From Neovahlkampfia damariscottae (taxonomy: Eukaryota): a DNA stretch of 64,000 nt. Both the position numbers and the translations under genes were made by a program. The DNA lies in assembly GCA_016618085.1 (NCBI GenBank), contig JABLTG010000024.1, positions 1-64,000 on the forward strand, read 5' to 3'. The notes beneath the pieces are model-generated. The model ran no database searches and had not been told where the DNA came from. It saw nothing but the letters and a program-made list of their open reading frames with translations. Positions 37,657-49,478 of the stretch are shown piece by piece (positions within the stretch are counted from its first letter, which is position 1; each line of letters starts with the position of its first letter).

Positions 37657-38127
37657 ATGGACAATAATCAAGATACAGAAGAACATCAAATCGAAGACGT
37701 CAAAAGTAAAATCGATTATGATTTGAAAATGAAAGATTTCAAAGACAAAAATATTGTTTTTGTTTATTATTCACCAGTAACATTTTTTTTTTTTCATTTT
37801 AACAAAATTCCCAAAAAATAAAGTGGGCAAAACCATGTAAAAAAATAGGTGAGAACATATTAATATTAAACTTAATTTAAAAAAATAGAACCTTTGTTAC
37901 AAGAATTAAATTCTAAACACAACAAACAAACTGTAATTTTCAAAGTGAATATTGATAAACATGATGATCTTGCTGATGCTGCTGTTATCAATACAATGCC
38001 AACTTTTCACATTTTTCACAAAGGAGAAACAACTTGTGAAACAATCATTGGTGGAGAAGAAAGTGTTATAAAAACAGCAATTGAAACAATTTCATCTGGA
38101 AAACGTTATACTTCAACTCAAAAATAA
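37657..38127 (+). CDS. Thioredoxin-fold protein with atypical WAKPC site
   Basis: Three exons give VFVYYSPWAKPCKKIEP...FKVNID...INTMPTFHIF. Confidence 0.8.
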
Positions 38128-38198
38128 AATAAATAAATTATTTCAAAAGAACCAATCAAAAATTATTTTTCGAACAAAAAAACAAAAACAACAGGTCG

Positions 38199-39256
38199 AT
38201 GTTTCAATCAAAATTTTTATTCAAACAAGTTTTAAAAAGTCATCAAATTTTTCGTCAATATTCTAAAAAATATGAAAATATTTTATTTGAAGTTGTTGAT
38301 AACGTAGCTGTTATTAAATTACATCGTCCAAAAGCTTTAAATGCTTTGAGCAAAGGATTATGCACAGATCTTGGAAATGCAATAACAGAAGTTGAAAAAG
38401 ATGATAATATTAAAGTTACAATTATTACAGGAGAAGGACAAAAGTCATTTGCAGCAGGTGCTGATATTAAAGAAATGAGTACAAAAAAATACATGGAAGT
38501 TTACAAAGAAAATTTATTTGGAGAATTAGATGTAATTATTATTGAAAATTAATTCATTTTTCAATAATAGGTTATTCCAGTTGCTAGAAAACCAATTATT
38601 GCTGCTGTTAATGGATTTGCTTTAGGAGGTGGTTGTGAACTCGCAATGTAATTTTAATTATTTTATTATTGACAAATTTAGGATGTAATATACTTCTATT
38701 TTTTACTTTTTCATTCTTAGGTGTGATATTATTTTAGCTTCAGAAAATGCAAAATTTGGACAACCTGAAATTAAAATTGGAACTATTCCAGGTGTTGGTG
38801 GTACTCAAAGATTAACAAGAGCTATTGGAAAATCAAAAGCAATGGAATGGGTTTTAACAGTTTGTGTTGTAAATTTTAAAATTGATTTTTTTTAAAAGGG
38901 AAATATGTATTCAGCTCAATATGCATTAGAATCAGGTCTCGTAAGTTCTGTATACCCACAAGATCAGTTAATGGAAAAGGCAATGGAAATGGCAAAAACA
39001 ATTGCTTCTTATTCAGTACCTATAAGTAAGTTCAAAAATTGAAAATTTATATTTTAAGCTCAAATTGCAAAAGAAGCTGTTAATAAATCATATGAAATGA
39101 CTTTAAAAGAAGGTTTAAATTTCGAAAAAAGAGTTTTTCAATCCACTTTTGCAACAGTAAAAAAAACATAATTTCACATTTAAAATATAGCATGACCAAA
39201 AAGAAGGAATGGCAGCATTTTCAGAAAAAAGAAAACCAGAATTTAAAGATGAATAA
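38199..39256 (+). CDS. ECHS1: Mitochondrial enoyl-CoA hydratase
   Basis: [51 protein letters not shown]; multiple introns including a 3-nt exon. Confidence 0.93.
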
Positions 39257-39265
39257 ACATTTTTT

Positions 39266-39822
39266 TTACTTCTTTGCATCACCAGCTTCACTGTTATTTC
39301 CAACTAGTTTCGAAAAATTTGGAATGTATTCTTTCCATTCTTTGATTTGAACATCAGCTGATTTAAGTCTTGGTTTATAATCTCTATTTTTATAAACTTG
39401 TACAAGTTGTTCAATTTGTTTATCTGTTTCTTTTTCGAAATTTTTTTCCCAAAATTCTTCATCATCATCTGAAAGATCATCATTAAATGCATGTTCATAA
39501 TGTGGTGCTTCTAAACCCTGTTGTTTGAATTAAATTTTTTTTTTTTTTTTACAAAGACTATTTTTCCATTTTCTCTCATGTTATACCAAACCCAGAATAC
39601 AACTTGAGCACCAAGAAATTTAGCAAAAAATAAATCTCTTTTTAAATTTGTTGGTGGTTTTACACCATATTTTATGTCATCTTCTGTTGGTGGTTTTTCA
39701 TAACCTCTTCCAACAGCACCTCTTTTTGTTGTTGTTTTTGAAAAATTTCTTTTTTTTTCTGCAAAACGTTCTGCTATTTTTTTAGAGAAACTTTTTATAT
39801 TTTGTGGTTTGAAGAAACTCAT
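39266..39822 (-). CDS. Probable complex I accessory subunit NDUFB2-like, with C-terminal extension
   Basis: Basic presequence-like N-terminus; AKFLGAQVVFWVWYNMRENG-KIVF|GLEAPHYEH resembles the NDUFB2 LGxxMWFWIxY...DG...HPW pattern. Confidence 0.55.
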
Positions 39823-40024
39823 TTTTTGTTTGGTCAAAATACGAAGTTTATTGGTTAATTAATTTTCCGCCAATACAACTTTTCAAAAAAGAATTGAACA
39901 ATTTCTGACTTTTTATCTCCAGAATATTGTCCAAATTCAACTTTTAAAGTATGTCCAATAATTTTTATTTCAGTTGCTCCAATGAAATTGATTGAAGTTT
40001 TTGAAGGTAAACAATGAGAGAACA

Positions 40025-41167
40025 ATGACATTAATTTTTTCAACAGGAAAACATCAATATTACATACACGATTTAAAATATGATTATTATGGCAATCGAA
40101 TTGCAACCTGTTCTTCAGATCAAACCATAAAAATTTGGGATCAAGTAGACGGAGAGTATAAAAACTCTTATGCATGGAAAGCACATAATGGAAGTATTTG
40201 GAGAATAGAATGGGCACATCCATCATTTGGACAATTAATTGCATCATGTTCAAGTGACAGAACAGGTTACAAAAAAAAAAAAATTAAAAAAGTTAAGTTT
40301 ATATTTGGGAAGAACCATCTTATTCTGATACAGAAAATTCAAAAGAATGGATTAAAAAATCAACAATAGTAGATTCAACCAAATCAGTTGACGACATAAA
40401 ATTCGCACCTTCACAGTATGATACCAAAAAGACACCAATTTAATTTTTTTTCAAGTTTGGGTTTGTTATTGGCTACTTGTTCGAAAGATGGTCATATAAG
40501 AATATACGAAGCTGTAGATGTCATGAATCTTTCATATTGGCCTTTATCTCAAGGTTTTATTTTTTAACATTTTTTTTTTTTAAACTTTAAAGAATTTATC
40601 AGCAAAAGTGCAACTTGTATCACATGGAATCCTTCTAGGTTTGATCCACCTACACTCGCTGTTGGATCAGAAGATGGACAAATCAAAATTTGGCAATATA
40701 AAGAAAATTTACGAACTTGTTTGAATAATTAATAATTTATATTTTATAATTAGGGGAGAATATTAAAAATATTAAACATACAACATCTATTATTCATGAT
40801 ATTAGGTATTAATTGAGATTTTATTTTTTATTTTTTTGAACATAAGTTGGTGCCCGTCAAATGGAAGATCTTATCATTTACTGGCAACAGGAAGTAAAGG
40901 TATTTATATTGCATCATATTTTAATCTTAACAGATGGATCCACTGTAATTTGGAAAATTTCTAAAGATAAATCTTATTCAATTGAACAATTAGAAAGATT
41001 CGAAAAGAAAAACTCAGAAATTTGGAAAGTAGAATGGAATATATCAGGTACAATCTTAGGTAAAAAAAGAAAAATAATTTATTCATATTTGTTTCACAGT
41101 TGTCTCTGATAATTCTGGTAACGTTGTTTTGTACAAATTTAAGAATGGAAAATGGTTTGATCAATAA
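40025..41167 (+). CDS. SEH1: WD40 nucleoporin/GATOR2 subunit SEH1
   Basis: [59 protein letters not shown]; many short introns. Confidence 0.85.
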
Positions 41168-41264
41168 AAAAAACTAAATATATTTAAAGGAAATGTGAGA
41201 CAAATTTGAAATAAATATTCTCGTCATTCTCCATTTTTATTGGACCAATCAATTTCTTCAACCA

Positions 41265-42175
41265 ATGTCAACAGACTCACAATCACTTGATTTATTAAGT
41301 TCACTTTGGAAATATTATGTAATTGATAACTCAACAGAGTATTTCAGTTATAACATTTTACCATTTCTTTTTCATCAATTTGCTTTTTATTTATTTAACT
41401 TACCTTTTATTTTATTCTTTATTTTCAAATCAGATTTTATTGAAAAATTTAGTATTCACAAAGTAATTTTTTCAAATGGAGACTAAAAAAAAAACAGAAA
41501 CGAGTATCAGGATCTGAATATGGATGGATGTTTTTCAGAGTACTTGTAATACAACATTTAGTTGCTTTTCCATTTTCTCTTGGTGCTAAAAATCTTCATG
41601 ATCAAACAGGTGCATTTTCAATATTATTACCATTACCAACACTTGGAAGATTTGTTGTTGATATTTTTATTTGTATGATTTTGGATGATTTATTTTTTTA
41701 TATTGGACATAGACTCGTAAAGAAACAAAATTGATATTTTAAACTTTAGTTTCATACAAAATTCTTATATAAACAATTTCACTCAAAACATCATGAAGCT
41801 CGTTATACAGTCTCCATAGCAAGTGAATTTTTTCATCCTGTTGAATATATCATTGGAATTGTACTTCCAGTAAGAATGAGAATTTTGTTCAATTATTTTT
41901 AGGTATTTCTTCCACCTCTTATTTTAAAATCACATATGATCACATATCTGTCATTTCTTGCAATCAAATTATATGAAACAACATTTGCTCATTGTGGTTA
42001 TGATTTTGGTCCATTTTTTCCAAATGCAAGGGAACATTCTTATCATCATTCTCATTTTGAGAATTGTTATGGATCATTTTTTAATATTTGGGATAGACTT
42101 TTAGGTACAAATGCAAAATTCTTAAAATATGAAGAATCAAGAATTGAAAAAGAAAAAAAGAAACAACAACAATAA
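41265..42175 (+). CDS. Fatty acid hydroxylase / sterol desaturase superfamily (sterol C4-methyl oxidase-like)
   Basis: Histidine boxes HRLFH, HSKHH, HPVE, HCGY, HSYHH; 3 introns. Confidence 0.85.
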
Positions 42176-42261
42176 TTAACCTTAAAGGGATAATAAATAA
42201 TTATTTTTAGGTTGATTTGAGTTTCAAGTTTATCCTTGGATTTGTCCAATCAAGAACGACA

Positions 42262-43170
42262 ATGAAAGCAATTGATGTGTGGGCCCAACATTCACCTGAT
42301 TTTTTTGAAAGGCTTCCTGAAACAGAAAGACTTGGAAAACAATCAAAAACAGATTTTTCAATTGCTTATAAATCACCACAAGAATTGATAAAACTAATGG
42401 ATGAAGCTGGAATTGATAAAGTATTTTTATCAGCTTGGAATAGACCTGGCAAAGTTGTGATTAGTAATGAAAATGTTTATTCATATACATCAAAATACCC
42501 AGAAAGATTTTATGGATTGGCTTCAGTTGACTTGGAAAAACCAGTAGAAGCAGTGAAAGAATTAGAAAAATGTGTTAAAGAATATGGCTTTATTGTTTTT
42601 GAAAATATCAAACTAAAATTTATCATAGGGGTTGAGAATAGTTCCTTGGTTATGGAATAAACCTGTAACCTCCAATTTATACTATCCTCTTTTTGTGAAA
42701 TGCATTGAATTGGTAATATTATCTTCTATTTGAATATATATTAGGATATTCCATTTTGCACACAAGTAGGTCATACTGGACCTTTATGTCCTTCAGAGGT
42801 AGGTAGACCAATTCCTTATATTGATGAAATTGCTTTAACTTTTCCTGAATTGAAAATCATTTGTGGACATATTGGGTATCCTTGGACTGAAGAAATGATA
42901 GCAGTGGCTTGGAAGCATAAAAATGTTTTCATTGATACATCTGCTTACTTACCATTGTATTATCCAAAACAATTGATTCATTACATAAATTCTTATGGGA
43001 AGAATAAAGTTATGTTTGGAACTAATTTTCCTCAATTGAGTTGGAAGGTTTGTATGGATCAAATTGATCAATTGAAATTATCAAAATCATCAAAAGATCA
43101 TTTTTTGTATAAAAATGCAGAAAAAGTATTCAAATTGAAAAATGATCAAAAATTACAATCAAAACTCTAA
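42262..43170 (+). CDS. Amidohydrolase_2 family protein
   Basis: IDVWAQ, MDEAGID, QVGHTGP, FPELKIICGHIGYPW, NVFIDTSAY, KVMFGTNFP; 2 introns. Confidence 0.85.
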
Positions 43171-43191
43171 AAATTCAAAATATAGATTAAT

Positions 43192-44293
43192 TCATTTTTC
43201 TGATTTCTTTATTTGTTCTTGATACCATGAACTTGCAATTTTAGAAACAGCTCCCAATGCTTGTTTTAAATTCAATCCACTTTCTTCAGCTTCTGCTTTT
43301 CCTTCTTTCTCAACATCAGCAACGATCCATTTCACAAATTTACCCGTATTTTTTTTATCTAAACCAATTTCACTGACACCCTGTTCCAATCTTGCATCAG
43401 TTGTCATCATTTTAGCAAAGTTTTCAATTCCTTGTGCTTTTTCAGGTTTGATTTGGGCAGATTTTTGATTTTTGACATTTCTATGTTTTTCACCTTTTGC
43501 TTTCCATACGAATGAAGTAAAAAGTTCTAACGTAATTAATCAATTGTTCTTGTCTTACCTTGAGATAATGTTTGATTTTCTGATGATAAACCAATAGGAT
43601 AGAGAACCAATCCTTCACCTGGACCTGAAATATTGAACAATTCTTTAACCCATGGATCTTCTTTATCAATTTTATCCACTTTTTCATTGATGAACTCTGC
43701 TTTTTGTTGTAAATCTTTCTCATCAAAAAACTTCAATTCAAAAATTTCCGTAAACCAATCAATAACATAAAAATTTGAAGGAATTTCAGGTAATAATTTT
43801 GAGATAATTGATGGTTCATAAATAATTTCATCATCTAAAAGTATTGAAAAAATTGCAAAAAGGTCATTCTTCAATTGTGTTAATGCAACTCCTTTTTGAA
43901 CTCTTGGTCCACAAAATTCACCAAAAATGACCATTTTTTTTGATTTTGATTTTTTATAAATGTCTAAAAAATAGTTTTGATGATTTTTCACCAATTTTCC
44001 AGATGGTGAGTCAAAATCTAAAAAACAATTTCTTGATTGAACTTTGACAACGCCATCTTGAATTAAAATACCAGCTTTTATTTTTAGATAAAAATGAGTT
44101 ATATATTACCATTTGAACCATGTAATTTTATTTTTCCACGATATTTTATACTTTCTTTTTCAAAGAGAAGGTTGTAAGGATAAAAATCTTTTTTCTTTTC
44201 TTCATCTGAATCTTCAATTAATGGTTTAACTTTTTCAATATTTTTAACGACGTTATGTAATTGTTCTATGCTTGGCCACTTTGTGAAACTCAT
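43192..44293 (-). CDS. ATP-dependent RNA ligase (Rnl2-like nucleotidyltransferase)
   Basis: Motif I KIKLHGSNAG, motif III FGEFCG, IIIa FAIF, IV GEGLVL, V WKAKGEKH; 2 introns. Confidence 0.8.
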
Positions 44294-44420
44294 TGTTTTC
44301 TTTCCCAAAAACCAAAAATGATTGGTTGTCTATTAATACTAGATTTTTCAAATTTGAAATTGAACAAAAGCAATATTTATTTTTCAGAAATTTGGGAAAT
44401 AAAAATACTTCCAAGAAAAA

Positions 44421-46566
44421 ATGGTTTCAATTGACCAATTACATTTCATGCATTTTGGAACAACCGCTAGCAAAGCCAGGACCAGAAACTTCATTCATGT
44501 TACCGTGGATCAGCACATAACTGAAATGGATGGCAAAGTATTATTTTACTATGAAAATAGAGAAGAGTATTTTAAGCAAAACAAGCTTGAACAACTAATA
44601 AAAGGTAAAAAAACATTTTTTTGAAAAAAAATAAAATTCAGATTGGTTTAAAATGTCAGAAACTGAAAAACAAAATTATGAAGCAAGATCAAAAGAAACT
44701 AAAGAAGAAGATGTTCAAGTTAAAATTCCAGAGTTTTTGAAACAATTTTCTTGTGAATGTTATTCAGAAATAGAATTTCATCCAGATTCAAAAAGTAAAT
44801 GTTCCAAGTGTCAAAGACAATTCAATTTTGTTGATGTAAAAAATTTGGTCATGGCTTATGATTGGCTAGAAAATGCAAACTCAATTCCTTCAATATTTCA
44901 TGAAATAATAAATAGTGAAACATTTGAAGATTTTAATCAGTTTTCAAATGAATTTATTTTAGCTCCAATTTATAAAAAAGATGAAGAATCAAAAAAAGAA
45001 GAATATGATCAATTCAAATCATGTCTGTCAATCATTGCAAGAGAAATAAGTTTAAATCAGATCATTGATTCATTTTTTGATAAGGTTACTTCTTTCTATT
45101 TTTCTGTTCGAGAATATTTCCAAAAAGAAGCAATTTCACTTTTATATTTCACAAAGGAATATTTCAATTTTGGGGTTAGAACTGAAATGACTTCAAAATC
45201 ATTCAAACCAAGTTTTTCCAATGGGGACAATATTTATCATTTTCCTCTTGAAGAATCAACCGATGAAATTTTTGAATTTGGAAAATTAAACTCTCCAAAT
45301 GATGAAGAATCAACATTTAAGGTTAAAAGTCATATAGATGAAGATAACTTTGAATTTGACTATTCTGATGAAAAAGCACCATTTTCTAGATCAATTCTTA
45401 AACAAGATGTTTTAAATGATGATGATGATGAATTGTTTAAATCAAAGTCTCAAAATGATGAAGAATCAATATTTAAGGTTAAAAGTCCTATCAATGAAGA
45501 TAACTTTGAATTTGATTCTTCTGAAAAGGTACCATTTTCTACTATATCAAGGGGTCGTCTTAAACCTAAAGATTTTTTTACTGATGATAAATTGTTTGGA
45601 TCAAATGAATTTCCAACCAAAAAATCAGTCACACATGAATATTGTATAGGAAAAATTGATAAATTACCACAAATTACAGTTAATAAAATCAGAATTACAT
45701 ATCCATCTGATGAATTATTGATAAAAAAGATATTCAAAGATGGTTCATCTTTCACTGAAGAAAATGTTAAAATTCATTCACATGATTTTGATGTGACATC
45801 CAAAGATTCAAAAATTCTAGAAATAGTTTCTAAATACATGAAACCAAATGAATTTGACTCAAAACATTGTGGAGATAATGAAAAACCTTTTGAACTAAAA
45901 TTTTCAAAATTGAAATTATTGGAAAATGAAGAAATTATTGAATTCGGAAATGATGATGAATTTGGTTATTTATATATATTTTTACCTTCATTTAGTGGTG
46001 CTAATGATTTAAAAATTGTCAATTCTAATCAAAATATTGATTTTGATTTTTCATTACATGAAAATGATTCATTAGATTGTAAATGGATTGCTTTTGAAAA
46101 AAATTCAAAATTAAAATATAATGTTAAATCATTTGGAAATCAAATTGCATTGGTTTATATGATTAAAGTCAATCCAAATTGGAAAAAAGACAAAAAATTA
46201 CAATATCCAAATGAAATGAACTACAAGTCACCAATTCCTTCGTTATTGAATTTATTGGAATTTCATCATCAAACATTTCATATATTTTTGAATGATACTG
46301 ATTATGATGGTAGAAATTTGAATCCTGATGATTATTGGATTGTTTCAAAAATTTCAAATTGTGAAGATTGGATCTTTGAAATCAATCAAGTCAAATATGA
46401 TTTTCAGCAAAGTGAAATGATCTTAAATGATAAAATACTTGATGACAATCAAATGACAAATATCGATTTTGGAGAATACAAGACACATCTCTCAGTGATC
46501 ACCTTGAAACTAAAAACAAAATTAACAGTTGTCTATTTTAAAGATTTGAAATTTTCGTTTCAATAA
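44421..46566 (+). CDS. Hypothetical protein: HMG-box-like N-terminus, internal repeat, degenerate 2OG-Fe(II) dioxygenase-like C-terminus
   Basis: Intron 44605-44641 gives LIKDWFKMSETEKQNYEARS (HMG-like); C-terminal FGYLYIFLPS...WIAF...GNQIALVY. Confidence 0.5.
45292..45541 (+). repeat. Coding direct repeat, two copies of about 95 nt spaced 156 nt apart
   Basis: aatgatgaagaatcaa(c/t)atttaaggttaaaagtc...atgaagataactttgaatttga...accattttcta at about 45292 and 45448. Confidence 0.9.
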
Positions 46567-46613
46567 ATTATTAATTATTTTCAATTTTTCTTTGTGAAAG
46601 TAGTAAGATTTAT

Positions 46614-47096
46614 TTATGATCTTATGACATCAAACTTCATGTCAACACATGATAGTACTCTTCCATCTCTATCTTGAGTTTTTGTTTTGACAACATATTC
46701 CCCACCTGGAGCTAAGCTTGGTATTGTATTTTTCAGAGCACCTCTCAAATCGCCTTGTTGAATTGGACATCCTCCTTCAATGGCTTCACAAATACTCATT
46801 CTTTGTACTTGTACTTGAATTCCAAATTTAAAGACTCTTGTTGTTATGATACCATTTGTAATTGGTGTTACATCACTATTTGAAAATTTGATATCGATTT
46901 TAAATGTTGAACCAGGACGAACAATATCTATGGTGTTAAAAAACAAATGAGTGGTACCTGGAAGCATGTCTATATGAGTTGCTTTAAATGGTACAGAAGC
47001 ATCTCCACAGTTTTTAAATTCAATTGGTTTGGTGATACATAATGTAACAAGTGTCAATAACGTTAACAAAATTTTTCCGATCATCAGGATGAGCAT
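46614..47096 (-). CDS. ML-domain (NPC2/MD-2-like) secreted lipid-binding protein
   Basis: Signal peptide, FKNCG, ICEAIEGGCPI, IPSLAPGGEY, LSCV; one probable in-frame intron. Confidence 0.85.
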   Translation of the reverse strand: MLILMIGKILLTLLTLVTLCITKPIEFKNCGDASVPFKATHIDMLPGTTHLFFNTIDIVRPGSTFKIDIKFSNSDVTPITNGIITTRVFKFGIQVQVQRMSICEAIEGGCPIQQGDLRGALKNTIPSLAPGGEYVVKTKTQDRDGRVLSCVDMKFDVIRS

Positions 47097-47255
47097 CTAT
47101 TGGACAATTGATGTTTTAATCTCCAAAAGGAGAATAGGAAAATTAAATTAACAAGAAACATTTTGGAGTGGATCCATATTCCATCTTTAATGTAATTCTC
47201 CGCTTTTCAAAATACAGTTTGGTTAAAAAAAAAAAATACTATTTCATCAAAATAA

Positions 47256-47991
47256 TCATTTTGAAGTTTTGAAAACTGAATCTAACACACCAATTGAATA
47301 ATTCACCTTAATATTTTTATGATGAAGATAATGCGGTCTTGGATCAGGTAAATAAAAAAAATCATAACCTGAATGAACAACAACAGTATTAAAAATGCCA
47401 AGATTAGCCTATTACAAAGTTACTCAATAAAGAATTACAAATCCCAAATAAGCCATTGGAGATAAACCGAATGGCATCAAAATTATAACAAATCCAAGTT
47501 GCTCAAATGCAACTTCAAAAAAAAAATCAATCATTTCCATATAATGACCTAATCGAAAAATGAAAATTGAATGTAAGTGTACCTGTCAAACCGATAGTAG
47601 CATATGTATTATGATGTTCAAAATGAGTAAATCTCAGCCATGAAACACTATGCATTGCTCTATGTCCAAAATAAAAAATTATATCAAATAAAGCGTATTC
47701 AAGTCCATTCCATATCAATGTTGCAATAATTGATTCATTGAAATTGGTTTGAAGAGTTCTTGGAATCAAGAGGTTACATAACAAAAACAAAACAACATGA
47801 TTTCGGAGAACATTGAAAACTATCTTTAAAGTTGAAGCTTTGGTTGAATGAATTTCAGGTAGTTTATATTTTTCTTTTGATTCTTTAGAAATACCTCCAT
47901 TATCCATCCACCAATATACAAAACCACTTCCAAAATAAATTATTTCAAAACAAATAGGAAACATAATTGTGAGTAGTGTTGCATCATTCAT
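47256..47991 (-). CDS. Fatty acid hydroxylase / sterol desaturase superfamily protein
   Basis: FYFGHRAMH, HFEHH, VHSGYDF, HYLHH...NY boxes. Confidence 0.82.
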
Positions 47992-48227
47992 TTTTGTTAT
48001 ATTTCTTATGTATAGATATGAATAGTGAGACAAAAGAATGAAAAAAAAATAAGTGGAGTATCGGTTTGGCTTCATACAAAAAAAAGTAGTTGTCCAATCA
48101 AATGAATATGGAACATTCCAGTTTGCAAAATTTATCAAAAATCAATTTAAATTCTTATTCATTTACTTTGTCAGATCTTCATTGTTGGCAGGTAAAAGAA
48201 TTGTAATTCCGAACATCAAAAAAGACT

Positions 48228-48613
48228 TCAGTATAAACATATAGTGACACCTAAAATTACAAAAACTAAACCGAAATAAACTCCTTTGAAATAATTTAAT
48301 TTTTCTTTTTTGTACTTTTTGCATCTTTTCGTTTTTCTTTCAACCATAAAATAGAAGTGATTTCAGTGAAAATGAAAGTTAAAGAATTGACAACTGGAAC
48401 AGCTATTATTATCTCAATTTTTGATAAAACAATAAAAAATAAAATTGAACCTGATAAATTGATTAATTGTGGAATTAAAAAATAAATATTTGAAAAAATT
48501 TGAAATAATTTAAAACCTTCTTTCTTTTCTTTAATTTGAGAATTCTGTTTGATTATTGGGTTGGTTATGCCCCAAATTAAACTAGTTAATAATAATAAAA
48601 TGTATTGATGCAT
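48228..48613 (-). CDS. TMEM234: TMEM234-like small DMT-family membrane protein
   Basis: IWGITNPIIK, PQLINLSGS, AVPVVNSLTFIFT; one intron. Confidence 0.85.
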
Positions 48614-48888
48614 CAATTGTGAAGGAATATGTTTAGTGATTTGATTGGTCAGGAAAATTTGTAGTTTGAATCAAATTCGTCTATTTCAATAAGTCACTGA
48701 TTTCAACTATATTTAATGTCACAAGTACAATGAGTTCTAGCATACATTTCAAACAATTCTGTTCTTCAAACAAATACAATAAACTTTTGAGAATTCAAGA
48801 CATTTTCAAATTTCAATCAATTTTTAGAATTGAAATTTCGAAATGAGAAATAAAAGTAAATTTTATTGGATTAATAATTAAACTCATC

Positions 48889-49474
48889 ATGAAGTGCAAA
48901 CATTGTACAGCATACGAAAGTGAATTTCACTGTAAACAGTGTCAACAAGATTTTTGTTCAAATTGTTTTGATCAAATACATTCAGGATTGATTTTTCAAA
49001 AACATGAAAAAGAGGGTCTCCAACTACACCAAATTTCTCAACTTGAAAAAAGAATCCAAGAACTTACATTGATTGTGAACAAACTCATGAAAGTTGAAAC
49101 TACTTTTGACCTAATTCAAGTTTGTGTTCATGGATACAACTCCAAGGATGTCACAATCATTGATATGTCCAAATGGCTTCCAAAAGATACTACTGATGTT
49201 CGAATTAATTACTTCTTAAGATGTGGTCATGAAGGAAAATCAAGAAGTTTCAAAACTACAATTTGGACAAATATTGATGGAAAGAAGTACCAATATCAAA
49301 AGATGGGAGCAATATATCCACAAAACGCCATTTCATTTGATACATCAGATGTGGTTTCCTATAAATTCCAAAGATTTTAATCTTTATGTTCAAGCTAATG
49401 ATATTCAAGACGTGAACTGTCATAATGTTGTTTTGTCAATCTCTGGTTATAAAACACCTTGTAAACAAAAATAA
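48889..49474 (+). CDS. B-box zinc finger + coiled coil + beta domain protein, apparently frameshifted near 49350
   Basis: CKHC...CKQCQQDFCSNCFDQIH...H; overlapping ORFs 48889-49380 and 49223-49474 with no intron at the junction. Confidence 0.6.
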
Positions 49475-49478
49475 TAAA

